Positions 13,090 through 25,144 of a DNA stretch of 64,000 bases are shown here, in pieces; the first letter of the stretch is position 1, and each line of letters begins with the position of its first letter. The stretch lies in the NCBI RefSeq assembly GCF_036321535.1, contig NC_087436.1:34040001-34104000 (forward strand), given 5' to 3'. The notes below the pieces were generated by a model. It was not told the DNA's origin and did not search any database. It saw nothing but the letters and a program-made list of their open reading frames with translations. The position numbers and the translations under genes are program-made. The stretch is from Camelus dromedarius. Its lineage: Eukaryota.

Positions 13090-14399
13090 AAATATCTATC
13101 TATCATATAATTCCCTATAGGAACTCAGAATAGAGAGGAAGGCAATATTAATCAAAATATTCCCTAAATAACAAGACTGGTTTAGAAGTCATTCTTCTGT
13201 CCTGACTGTAGGGGGAGTATATTTCTAACCAGTTGATCATTTTTTTCTAATTCCACTGGAGATGATGGATTCAGAGTGCTAAAAAAGGAATGTCCTTACT
13301 TAAAGTGATTGTGACGTCTTAAGCATTCCATTGTTTCTGTACATTTTAAAATCAGCAATTATTGCAAAGGAAATCTGTATTGTTCATGACAAGTCCACCA
13401 TTCTTTTATAAAACAACAGAGACTTTATTAAAAGCAAAGTTGTATATGGCTATATTTTTTAGTTTTTATTTTATTACCGTAAAAGAACAAAACACGAGAC
13501 AAGACTATTGTCTGATCCATCTGGTGCTATATTTCCTCCACACAAGCCTTGTGTAACACACACAGTATTTCAACTGCAAATGTTGTTTAGCCTTTTGAAA
13601 CAATTGCCTATCAAAGCATCCAGGTCCCATTGATAATGGAGCAAAGCCTTTCCTGCAATTGTGAGCCAGGAAATGCTGGCCCCCTTGGCAAGTCTCATAT
13701 GTCCTGTTGCTTGTAATCTCCCTCCCTCCCTCCTTGCTGGAATGTGTTATTTTTAAGCAGCTAGACTAACAGGAAGAGAAAGTTGTTACTTCTTTTCATG
13801 TGATGGAGCAGGCAGGGGAAGGCAACTGTGTTTTAAGAATTGAGGCTTATCAAATCTGAAAACCCCCTTACCAGGTACCAAGCCACTGATATAAGAGAAA
13901 TCTCCAGTCGGCAAACATAGTTTTGGTTAGATAGTAAGTTCCCTGTTTCATAACCCAATACATTTTGCAGGCTTCTGAGGACTGAAAAATAAAAACACAA
14001 AACTATAGTGAAGGTGCATAGAATTTCATTATTCTGTACTTACATGGATGAAAGAATGTTCATTTTGCAGAGAGCTGCCCTGAAAATAAATCACTTCCCA
14101 GAGAACCACAGAAATAGAGACACATTTTATTTCACGGTGACTACTGAATGCTCAAACAATATACAATGAAACATTTTACTGACCACCATAAACAAAATTG
14201 TATAATTTGAAAAAGAAACGCATTCTCTCATACTTAACATAAGAAATAGTATTATAGCTTCAATCTATCACGTCTACTTGTATAAAAATTAATCCATTGG
14301 CTTACTTAAATAATTATTTTTATCCCCTAAGAGAGTTTGCTTTTAAAAGGAGATCAATTTTAAGAAAAAAATAGCCAAGGACACATTGAACATGAAAGG

Positions 14400-14826
14400 C
14401 ATTTTTTCTTGCTCTTCTTGAACAAACAAAGCACATCTCTGCCTTAGATCCTTTGCTCCTGCTATTCCTTCTCTCTAAAATGCTCTCCCCCAGACTTTGG
14501 CAAGTCCTCCCACCCTCCTTTAACAAGCCTCTACTCAAGTGTGACCTTCTGATGACTGCGTAAAACAGCACAGCTCACTCTGATGATGCGTCCGCCTCCT
14601 TTCCTACTTTATAATTTGTTTACAGCCCTTAACGTTACTAATAGACTCTAAACAGTTACGTGTTTATTTTATGGATTTTTGTTAAGAATTTCTTCTCATA
14701 AAAATGTAAAGACCATGCGAGCAGAGACTTTATTTTGTTGACTCTGGCATCCCAAGCTCCTAGGAGAGAGTGGGGCCATGGCAAGTGGTAGACTGTCAGT
14801 GAGCAAATGTGGAATGATAAATGAAC
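14400..14826 (+). mobile_element. L2 LINE 3' end
   Basis: gccttagatcctttgctcctgctattcct...aatgtaaagaccatgcgagcagagact...aaatgtggaatgataaatgaa. Confidence 0.75.
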
Positions 14827-15072
14827 TAATTTCTAGATACTTATGTGTTAAATTCTCATGGTGAACACTTGGCTCCAGTTATCACTTCTCCTACAAATCC
14901 AAATAGTTCAAATAATTTGAGACTATGGTACAGAATACTTTAGCCTAGATTGTATAAAAATATCACCTGAATATTTAAATCCAGAAAGTCACATAGAAAT
15001 TTGTGTGTGCATGTACCCATCAAGGTACTGAACACTAGAAAATGAGCTTGGACGTAATTAATCTGTCATTAT

Positions 15073-15590
15073 TGTTACCAAGTCCAAACTCATTCTGCTC
15101 ACCTCATGACAGGCCAGATAATCAGGAGACGAGATGTTGGGGCAAGGAATAATGACTTTATCCCGAAAGCTGGCAGACACAAGATGGGGAACTAATGTCC
15201 CCGAGAACCATCTTTCCCAAGTCAGAATTCAGGCTCCTTTTATACGAAAAAGGGAAGAGGGTGTGCTTAGTTGGTGTAAATTTCTTGGTGTCAGAATCCT
15301 TTGTTCTTGACACTGTCCACGTTGGTAAGGTCATGATTTTCCTGTAAACCTTCAACAGGATTAATGTTATTGTCTGTTCTGCAACTTTTTATGTCTATAT
15401 AAATGGAAAAGTGTTATACCCTTAAAGGTCAGAGCCTTGAGAATGGCCTATCCTGTATATTTTAGGCTATAGAAAATATTCTTTTACAAAAGGTGCAGAA
15501 CTAGCATGACTAAGCACAGGAAACAGAGCACACGGTTAGAGCTAAAGGAACAGATTTGCTGTGGAGTCAGATTTGTTCTTCCTTGTTACA
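15073..15590 (-). mobile_element. ERV1-class solo LTR (possibly MER41-related)
   Basis: TGTTAC...GTTACA termini; exact 4-bp TSD TTAT (15069-15072 and 15591-15594); 518 bp. Confidence 0.85.
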
Positions 15591-16729
15591 TTATTATTCT
15601 TGCCTTCATCCATCCTTTATTCTCCCTGACAATTTAACATTAACTCATCTTGGGTAGATTATGCAACCATCTACACACCAAAGGACCAATACTCTTTCAA
15701 CCTCACCAGCTTTACTAATAGAGTATTCATAGTCCCTGTGTTGCTACTGAAGGCCTCCATGATCTATTCCAGGTTTACCGATCAATCCATGGCTGTGTTT
15801 TCATTCATTATTTGAGCTGTCAGTTATAAGTATCAGTAGCTTACAAGTCGGTTAGCATTTAGAACATCTCTAGTATCTCTCCCTTCAGTCAGCTTTTAAT
15901 ACATTCTAGTGCTTTAATTCAGAAAGTAAAAGGAAGAGATGTAAAAATGATAAATTATAAGAATGAAATAATAAGATACATAAGTATTGAAAAGACATTA
16001 TTTTATTGAAATTGTATCCCTACTTCAATTTTAAGTACTCAATCTGAGTTTAATGTTAAGGGGAAGAGAGACTAGGCACTATTACTTACAGCATTTTGCT
16101 TGTTTCAACCCACAGCACAGGTAGTACTTTGGTTGGATCTGGTCCCTCTGCCTTTCTTCATATCAAAGAGTGGCAGAGTTTAATATGTAGTGTGGTGCAG
16201 CAGGGAATTTGTGACTATTCTGCCCTCCCCACCAGAAAATTGTTTCTTCTTTGGAGACTTTGATGCTCCCCTAAATCAACCATTGCCTTGGCTTACCTCT
16301 CTACCCTCTATCCATCCTCTCATTTCCACCCCTAGACGACTTATCACTATTTACAGTAGGGAGAAAACCTGCAATAATGAGGTAAACTTTTTCACTTTTT
16401 TCAAGAGCCTCCACATCTGAGTATTATATTGTTAGAAATGGATCTTTAGGGCTGAGTACTGTCATAGATCACATCGCCCTCCAGCCCTCTCACATCTTCA
16501 CTCCAGACATGTGATTATTATTGTGCAGGTCATGTGCCTGGACCCCCCTCAGTGCTGCATTTAGTCTTAACCGCAAGTGAAGTGACAGGGCCATGCCTAT
16601 ATCTGGTCTCTGTACAAGAAGCCAGATTCAACTGAAACCTGACAAAAAATAAACACCTTTTCATGCATCACAGATTCATCAACTCTGAATATTAAATGCC
16701 CAGCACTGTTCTCTGGGTCCTTTCCTGGG

Positions 16730-17725
16730 CTTACTGTCTACAGAGCCATGGCTCTATTCACTGTCACTATGTTCTTTGTTTCCTGTTGTCTTAAACTCTT
16801 AAACCCAGACCAGTCAGATTGGTTCATGTATCTAACTGACCACTTGTCACCTCCACTTGAATTTATCACATCTCAAACTCAATATATCTCAAACTAATAT
16901 CACAACCATCTTTTTGCCCTCAAAAATATTTCCCTACAGTGTGCTTTAGCTCAATCCAAAGCACTACCACTCATTTAGGTGTTTAATCCAAAATTCGGAC
17001 TCATCCTTGCCCTCTCTCTCTTCCTCATTTCGTACACAATCAAACACCAAGTTCTGTTCCCTTACCCTGCCCATGCAGGTGCATTACTTTCTTTTCTCAT
17101 TGCTAAAATCTACCACCAAAGTACTTTCCTAAAACATACAGCAGCATTTACTCTATTTCTTAACTTTATTTTGCATAATATTTTCAGGGCATTTTCTTTT
17201 AAAAAAAATATAAATCGTGTGCATCAATTACATGCAGTAAATCTTTTATTTGCTTCCCATTCCTCATGGAAACATAATCCAAAGGGCTTAAAATGGCCTA
17301 CAGTGCCCACCACAATCTGGTCTGCCTACTTCCTCAATCTTATCTTTTAGCACAGTCCTCTGTATTGTCTCAGATACAGCCATAATGCACAAAAATGCCA
17401 AATCATTTGCTCAAAATGCTCTCCCAGGCTATTGCAACCTCGGTTATAAGCATGTTTTCTTCAGGGATCAGCATAAACAGAATCTCCTTAGAGAATCTGA
17501 GCCAACTGCTTGTTGCAGTCTTCTCTGCCACATTCTTGATTGTGATAGTGTTTTGAATTCATAAAAAATAAGTATATTACTTATAGTTTTGCTTAATTCC
17601 TACGTGTCCTACTTTATTGCAAGCTCCATGAAGTCATGCCAAACAGTCACCTCTATGTCCCAGAATATCTGTTGCAATGCCTGATATCGAGTAAAGACTA
17701 AAATATTTGATAACTGAATGAACAA
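16730..17725 (+). mobile_element. L2 LINE fragment
   Basis: cacctccacttgaatttatcacatctcaaactcaatatatctcaaact...aatatttgataactgaatgaa. Confidence 0.75.
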
Positions 17726-18859
17726 AAACAATCATTGAGCAATTATTATGGCCAAGTCTATGTTCCCCTGGCTGGTGTCTCAGTTTTATGAAGTTCATTC
17801 AAAATTCTTAGCTGCCAAGAGGAAACTTGAATAATGTCTCTTGGCGAATCATTATCGTTACTTTATTCTGTCTCTGTTTAAAAGTGTTTTTTTTTTCCTC
17901 TTCAAAAAAAGGCATTCATAACAGTTCTAATAAATATAATCTAATAAAAGAATACATGTATCAAACAAAGTGAGAAAGGCAGACCAAAGACATAGAGGAA
18001 GAAAATCTAAAATGACATAAAGAGACTCCTTGAATTTTGAATCTAAAGAAGATCTAAGAGAATAAATATTTTGTTAGAAGAGTAGCAGCAGGAACATTAA
18101 ATTCAATTATTTAAACAAAGAAAAGTTAAAAACCAGTATCTCCCTGTCTGGAGGAAGAAAATAAGCTGGTAAATAAACAATTGGTGAGTATAGTAAAGAA
18201 TTAACCTAGGGAGAGTTGTGTGATTAGGAGTGAAAATAATTATGATCTGGTGTATATTTTTCACCTGTCACAAGAAACATCCATTACAGTCCACACAGCG
18301 GGGCAATAAGTAGCTCAGTAGGTATGTTGAGCTGAGAGGATGAGGCTTAACAGAGCAACACTATGAAGTATGAGCAGGCCTGGCCAAGCAAACGTGTCGT
18401 TAAAAATCACAACAGCAGAACTGATAAAACACATCTGCTTTCTTTCCTTGTATACAAGATAATAAATGCTTCTAGTTAACTTCAAGTCTTACCTCTGGAA
18501 ACTTTGATATTGCAGATGTAAAGTAAGACAAGAGGGAAAGAGGTAAATTTATTGGAAAAAAAAATCCCATGCAAATTTAGAAAGCTCAGCATGTAGATAA
18601 TAGAAAGCAGAGAAAGAAATTGTTTCTCAATAGTATTCTAACTCACGTGGTTTAATTTTCTACTGGTAAAGTATAGCACAGCCCTGACCCTGAAACGTTT
18701 GATTTAATAAGCAAAATACTTTGGAGGAAAGCAGTGTCTTTTCATGGCTCTCATAGGGAACAAGGCTATTATCCCAGTTAGGCAGAATTTTCTTGATTTT
18801 CATTAGTTTTTAATTTATTTATTTTATCATTAGGCTTTCTGAATTTTCTTAAGTTTACT

Positions 18860-19930
18860 CCTCAGCCTAAAACCCTTTAATGGTTCCTCCTTGTGCACAT
18901 GTGAAGCCCCCCCGTGACCTACTGATCTGGGCCTCTACCTCCCTGAACTCTTTTCCTATCGCTCCTGCCACTTCCTCCCTCTGCTTCCTCCTCCCTGGCT
19001 TGTGAGCAGCCGCTTGAACACATCAAGGACGCTCCCACAAGAGGACTTTGACCCCTGTTCTCTCTAGCACGGGGGCCCTTAACATTTCCCTCCTCACAGG
19101 CCCTCCCTGGAAGTCTAGCAGTCAGGTAAAGCCAAGGGACATTTCCCTGAATGATGTTCCATAAGGCGTAAAATGAAACTCACAGGACCACAAATGTAAC
19201 CACTTATATCATAAAAACCATAAAAATATTTTTAAACTAAACATGTTTTATAGTAACATATATGCTTCCTTAGTAATTCACCAAAACAAGATCTAGCCCC
19301 ACATCTGACAATGACTAAAATGTCAAAGTAGTACTGAGTGTAAATGTTTTTCACGGTGTCTGAACTCTGTTATAAAAGTAAAAATAGCTGTAAATTGTTT
19401 GGGTAACAAAACTACAGTTGCTGCTAGGACTTTGGATTCTTGATAAAATTTATCATTGAAAGAAATACTAATTTTCAGTTAGAGGTTAACGAGAAGAGCA
19501 TTTTAATTTTTTTTTTCTATACCAGATGCACTGACTACCTGAGTTCTAGGGGGAAATCTAGATTAAAAACTTCTTCTTAATGACATTTTTCCCAGGTATC
19601 TGCTTTACTCACATCTCCTGTCCTTTAATTATCTGCTTAAGAGTCCCTTGTAATGAGGTTTTCCTTGAGAATCTTAGTAAAATAGCACCCCTGTGTTAGT
19701 TCTTACATATTCTCCTTACCCTATTTTATTTTTCTTCACAGCATGTATTGACCTACTTTATATTTACTCATTTTTAAAATTTGTTGTCTCTCCACTGGTA
19801 CTTAAGCTGTGTGAGGATCAGGTTTCTCTTTGTCTTTCAATCACAGCCGTATCCTCAGCCCTTAGAACAGTGTGTGGCACAGGTTGAGCCTTCAGTGGAT
19901 ATTTGTTGAATGCATTGGATGAATGAATGA
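18860..19930 (+). mobile_element. L2 3' fragment interrupted by a DNA transposon
   Basis: aaaccctttaatggttcctcc at the start; cttagaacagtgtgtggcacag...atttgttgaatgcattggatgaatgaatga at the end. Confidence 0.7.
19068..19575. mobile_element. Non-autonomous hAT-Charlie element (MER119/Charlie7-like)
   Basis: cacgggggcccttaacattt...agcagtcaggtaaagcc...aaaatgaaactcacaggaccacaa...agattaaaaacttc resembles recalled consensus. Confidence 0.55.
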
Positions 19931-22900
19931 TCTTCTAACATGGCCTGTACAGCTCTTTTAAGATCCTACCTCTGATTGTTTTGCTAGTCTCTTGCACTGC
20001 TGCCGTCCTGGCTTACCACACCCCAGTCCCTCTTGTCTCCTCTCTGTTTCCTGGAGGAACCAAGTGCCATCCTGCTTCAGAGCTCTCATCTGGGAATCTC
20101 AGGCTCTCTGGAGTGGTCCCCTTCCCTCCCTCTCCCACTCTACTTGGTCCAGAGAACGTCTACTCATCCTCCAAGTCTCAGAATGCCGCCGCGTGAGGCC
20201 ATGAGGTAGATCTCTCTGTCACATACGTGTATAGCCTGTATGTCTTTCATTATACTCTTCAGAAATGTAATTAAATGGTTATTGGCATAATCTCTCATAT
20301 AGCATCTGTTGTTCAAGCTAGGCTGCAGCTTTCTGGAAGCAAGTCCCTCGCTTTTAGATGTGCCCAACCAACATTTTATAAAATAAAATGAATAAATCAA
20401 AGAAGTCACAGAGACTACCCTCTACAGATTCTTCTAAATGTAAAACTTGGAACACGGTAGCAAAGTTAGTTGGCCTAGTTTGAGCAATCACTGCCTGCAC
20501 CTGTTGTCTTTGATATCCATTCTAACGAGATGGCAGAGACCACTCATAAATATTTATGAAGACAAGGAGTTTGGCACAAACTGGCACTGGGCTGTAAACT
20601 CTGTGATGTTATTTCTTGTTCAGTAGCTTTCCAGTATCACAGCCACCAGTTCCATCCTAAAGTGTTGCCAAAAGTTTGCTCTCCAGAAGGAGCTTTTCTA
20701 CCCCCTAGCCTGATTATAAAGTCTGGATTTAGAAGAGGCACAGCATTTTCATATAACTTGATCTTAGGGGCAATGAGCCTCTTCATTTTATCCTAAAACC
20801 GCTTGCTTTCAGTAAACAAAATACTATGTAAGAGATATGCTTCATATAAAGTAAGCTGTGGAAGCAGAAGGAAGGATGCTCTCCTTTTTCCTTTGTCCTG
20901 TTGTTTACAGTCGTGGTCAGGGCTGTGATGTGGGAACTTAAGAGTGGAGACTATTCACTGCGGTTGCCTGAGCTGAAGAAAGAGTTGTGACAACCCGAAC
21001 CAAACCAAGCTAACACAATCAGCAATGTTGTTAGAGTCCCCAAGAAGTAGAGGGTAATAAATCCGAGGGGCAACTTCTAAATACAAATTCATCTCTTCAG
21101 AAAATACCTCCAGGTTTTCTGTCAAATCAGTACTGACATTTGGTCACATTTCTGGAATACTTCATTACTATCTGTTCAATTGAAATTAGGTGTTTGGGAA
21201 TTTTTTATGCCATGCTCCTCTGTATTAACTGTCACAGGACTATACCACAGGGCCAGTATTTTGGAGGAAGTCTCATAGCATAGTGAGAGACTGAACTCTC
21301 ATCAATGAACAGGACAGAAGACTTCAATATATTAAAAAAAAAACAACTCAAGGAAATTTAAATAAATTATTCTGAATTTTAATTCCAAGTAATTATTTGA
21401 AAGTAGGAAAGTAACTGAATTAGTGTCAACATTATTACTTAGAATTAATTTTTATGTCCACCTAACACTTTAGGAAATGAATCAAACACACCCAAGAATC
21501 TCTTAAAAGTAATGGAAATATTGATATTTGTAAAAGAGAATTTTTTTTATAAATTTGAAGCTCTTTTGGAAGGCTTTTGTTATAAAGACAAAAGCCTGCC
21601 CTTGAAATGGTTGTAAGTAAAATGAATTAAACCACTGAAAAAACAGAAAATATCTTGGCTAAAGATTAATTAATATATTCTTGAGTTCTTTTTGCAGCAG
21701 TTTAGAGCTTTTAAGAACATTTCCATGACAAATAGTATATCTGTGGACGAGAAATAGTGATTGATGATGAAATTATATGTTTCAGACTTGAATTCCATGA
21801 ATCACAGTAAAGTCATGACACTTTTGTTGCACCAGAAGGATGCCTGTGGTTGGTGCATTCATGGGTTTACATTCACATATGCTTGCCACTGGCCATTGTT
21901 GAGTGCCCTCTACAACGTGATCACTGAAGCAAGAGTTAAATTTGTCCTCTATACCTCTCTCTTTCTCATTCTCTCTCTCTTTAACATATGCACACACCCA
22001 CATACACACACACACACCCACACAAACATGGACGTGGGTTCACAAAGCTAGCTTAGAAAAATCAGACAAAAATTTTTATGATAACTTATCTGCACTGCAC
22101 AATACAAATAACTAAGCTTCGTACTGGTAGGAAACAAGCGATATGTCATTTCTTAGCAGCATTTTGAAAAAATTTTGAAAAAAATCCTTTTGCTCACTTT
22201 TATTAAAAGTATTTGCTCATGGAGATTTTTTGCAAGTCAGTGAGTTTTGTGGATTTGTGCCCATCTACATGAAGTGCATTTTTGTTTATCTGGTGAGAAA
22301 TCAATTGCAAAACAACGCTTTACCAAAATTAACATCTGAAAAAGTCAAACTAGTGATTGGTCTCAGCTTCTATATATTTGATTAACACAAATCATGTTCT
22401 ATGTAGCAAATACTTTTCTAGGGAACAGGACTATAAAGCTTCTGTGAAGGTTGAGGGGGAGGAACTTTATACGAGAATAATAGGATATATATGTGAGGAG
22501 CAAGCCGTTGAAGAAGCAATGATCACCTCCCCTCAGGCAGGAAAGGAAGGGTATAGAAAGGACCGTACATTTGAATATGTTTTTGGAGAAGAATAGATAA
22601 TTTCTAGAAAAAAACTGAGGCGACAACAACAAAGCATTAAGAAAATAAGATCATAATATTCCCTCTCTTGCACCAAGATCACAGAGTTAACAGCCAGATA
22701 TGCCAGAAGGGAGCGAAGGAGGAAAAAATATATATGTATATGTATATTTTTGACATGCCAAAATAGATGACAGGTCACAGACTAGACTGTGAAACATGAA
22801 TATACATTAAATCAGCTATGCATTTTTAAGAGAAAAATAAACCACAGTACTATTTTTTCTACCAGATCAAAGCAGTTTGATCAAGAGAGACACAAACTGG

Positions 22901-24957
22901 AAATCAGCGCTGAGTGCCTCTCATCCTGTCTGACCTGTTGCCACTGCTGGTGCTGGCGGCTGGGGGCCCAGAACATGGACTGCCCTGATGCTACGCGGGG
23001 TCCCCAGGCCCCACTCTGATGCTGCTTCAAGGAAGGGCCCTCAGGTACAGGAAAACAGCCCAGTGTGGTCAAAGCATGCAGACAGGGTGACATGGCTGTA
23101 TCTTCAAATACACCCCCGTAAGCCTTCAAGCTATTTCTGACAAAGGCCATTCCCCTGGAATAGGTTACCTCTCTCAGGGGGGGGGAGCAGGCAGGGAATG
23201 TTTGAGAAGCAAGGGATGCAGCTTTTTCTCTTGGCTGAGTTGTTTTCTAAGGAACCTCCCTTTAGAAATCAGCGAATTTCAAGATTTTATTTTCCTGAGT
23301 AGATTATTTAAATTAAGGTGAGAATCTGGAAAATGGGAGAGATTTGGAGAAGCTGTGTGGGGAGGATAGGAATGAGGCTGCTGTTAGCCAGGAGAGCTCG
23401 AAAGGATAAAAATTTTAAAATTTCAGAATATATTTTATAAAATTTTACTTGAAGGTGAGCATCTCTCCCTGAAATCTTTAATAAAATCTACATTACCTGC
23501 CATAAGCACTGTGGTTGGATTGTTGGTTTTCTAGCAAAGTCGTGTGAACAACAGTGTGGAACAAGGGCTGGGAGTATTCAAGAAAGGCCAGGCAATTGTG
23601 GATGCTAACTGGATTTTGTAAATTATAAAGAAGAATTATGTCATATATTGAAAGAAATATTAGCTGTTAATTACATATGACCATTTGAATGTGAAGCTTT
23701 TACTGGACATGGTTTAAGAAAACAAACTCGATCCCTCGTTATCTAGAATATGATGATTAAACAAAGTTGAAATAAAGAAAAATTTTTACTTGAAATAAAG
23801 CATTTTAATGGTAAGAAATATATGTGAAACATATTTGTAAAAATGATAAAAATATATCTTTTTAGCTATTTTGGGGTGGGATGGAGAGATTTCTTACATT
23901 TTTTTTTTTTTTTGGTAGAAGGAACTTTGACAAATGTTGCCAGCAAATCTTATTTAAAACATGTCTGTTTTGCTTTGTTTGGATTTGTGATAATTTCTTG
24001 CTGAGTACTTGCTATGCATTTGCTTGTGACTTGATCTTGATGAAGTGACTGAGTCAGGATTCAAACCTAAGCGGTTTACCTCTAGTCCATAAGCCACCTT
24101 GCTGAGTACATGGAAGATGGATTTTAAGTAAACTTACTGCTCTAACCCCTAACCCAGTATTTTACTTTATGTAGCACACTTTAATACTGCCCCTCTGGCA
24201 ACCCATTATATTAACACCAAAGCTTTCCTCACAATCATATTTAAGCAACAGTATCGCCAATATTTTTACTTAAAGTCTCGACTAAGATGTCCTAGGAAAC
24301 CATTCACATTCAATGTGTTTACTGGAAATATCTTTTTAGGGGTTGAATAAGTTACAAGTATATTACTACAGTTTTCCTGATGGAGACCACAAGAACAATT
24401 TCTCTCATGTATTAAAGTTAGGACTCATTCATCGTGCTTTACCCACGGCACCAGTGAGGTTTCATCACTTGAACACTTTGACCCATAAATCTGATTGTGT
24501 TTTTCTTTCTTCACATGTGCTGTTCAGAAGGCTTTGAGGTAAATGTTCTCCACTTCTAGAACAGGCACAGAATTTCGTGACCTCTCCTTTGTGCATCTCA
24601 TCCTGCTGCTTTTTATTTTTCTATCCTACCATAACCCCATGCCTCATTTTTCTCACCTATTTTACCTTTGTTTTGTCCTGCAGACAACTTTGTCAGCCTC
24701 CATTAAAACTTTGTGGAATACAATAGTGTATATAAATTATATTTAATTAAAAAAATTCAGCTAAACAAATTCTGAGGAAAGGTTCCAGTTTGAGCAATAA
24801 CAAAGAACTCTTAAATATGGTTACATCAACAGTACAAAATGTTAAAATAAAAAAAAAAGTAACTAGAAAAATATAAATCCAAAAGGACACTCAAATTTGT
24901 GCGTAAATTCACACCAAGCTCCTTAATTTTTTGGGAAAACTATCATGTCTAGATGAT

Positions 24958-25144
24958 CTAGGTTGGTGGGCTAAGTCTAAACAAAGTTTTATTGGAACTT
25001 AGCTACAGCCATTCACTTACATATTGTCTGTGGCTGCTTTTGCCTACAGTAGCAGAGGAAAGGAGTTGGGACAGAGAACATACAGTCTACAAATCATAAA
25101 ATTTACTATCTGACCTGTTAAAGGACAAAATTTGCTGACACCTG
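24958..25144. mobile_element. MER58A (hAT-Charlie MITE)
   Basis: aaagttttattggaac...catattgtctgtggctgcttt...tttactatctgacc...tttgctgacacctg. Confidence 0.85.
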
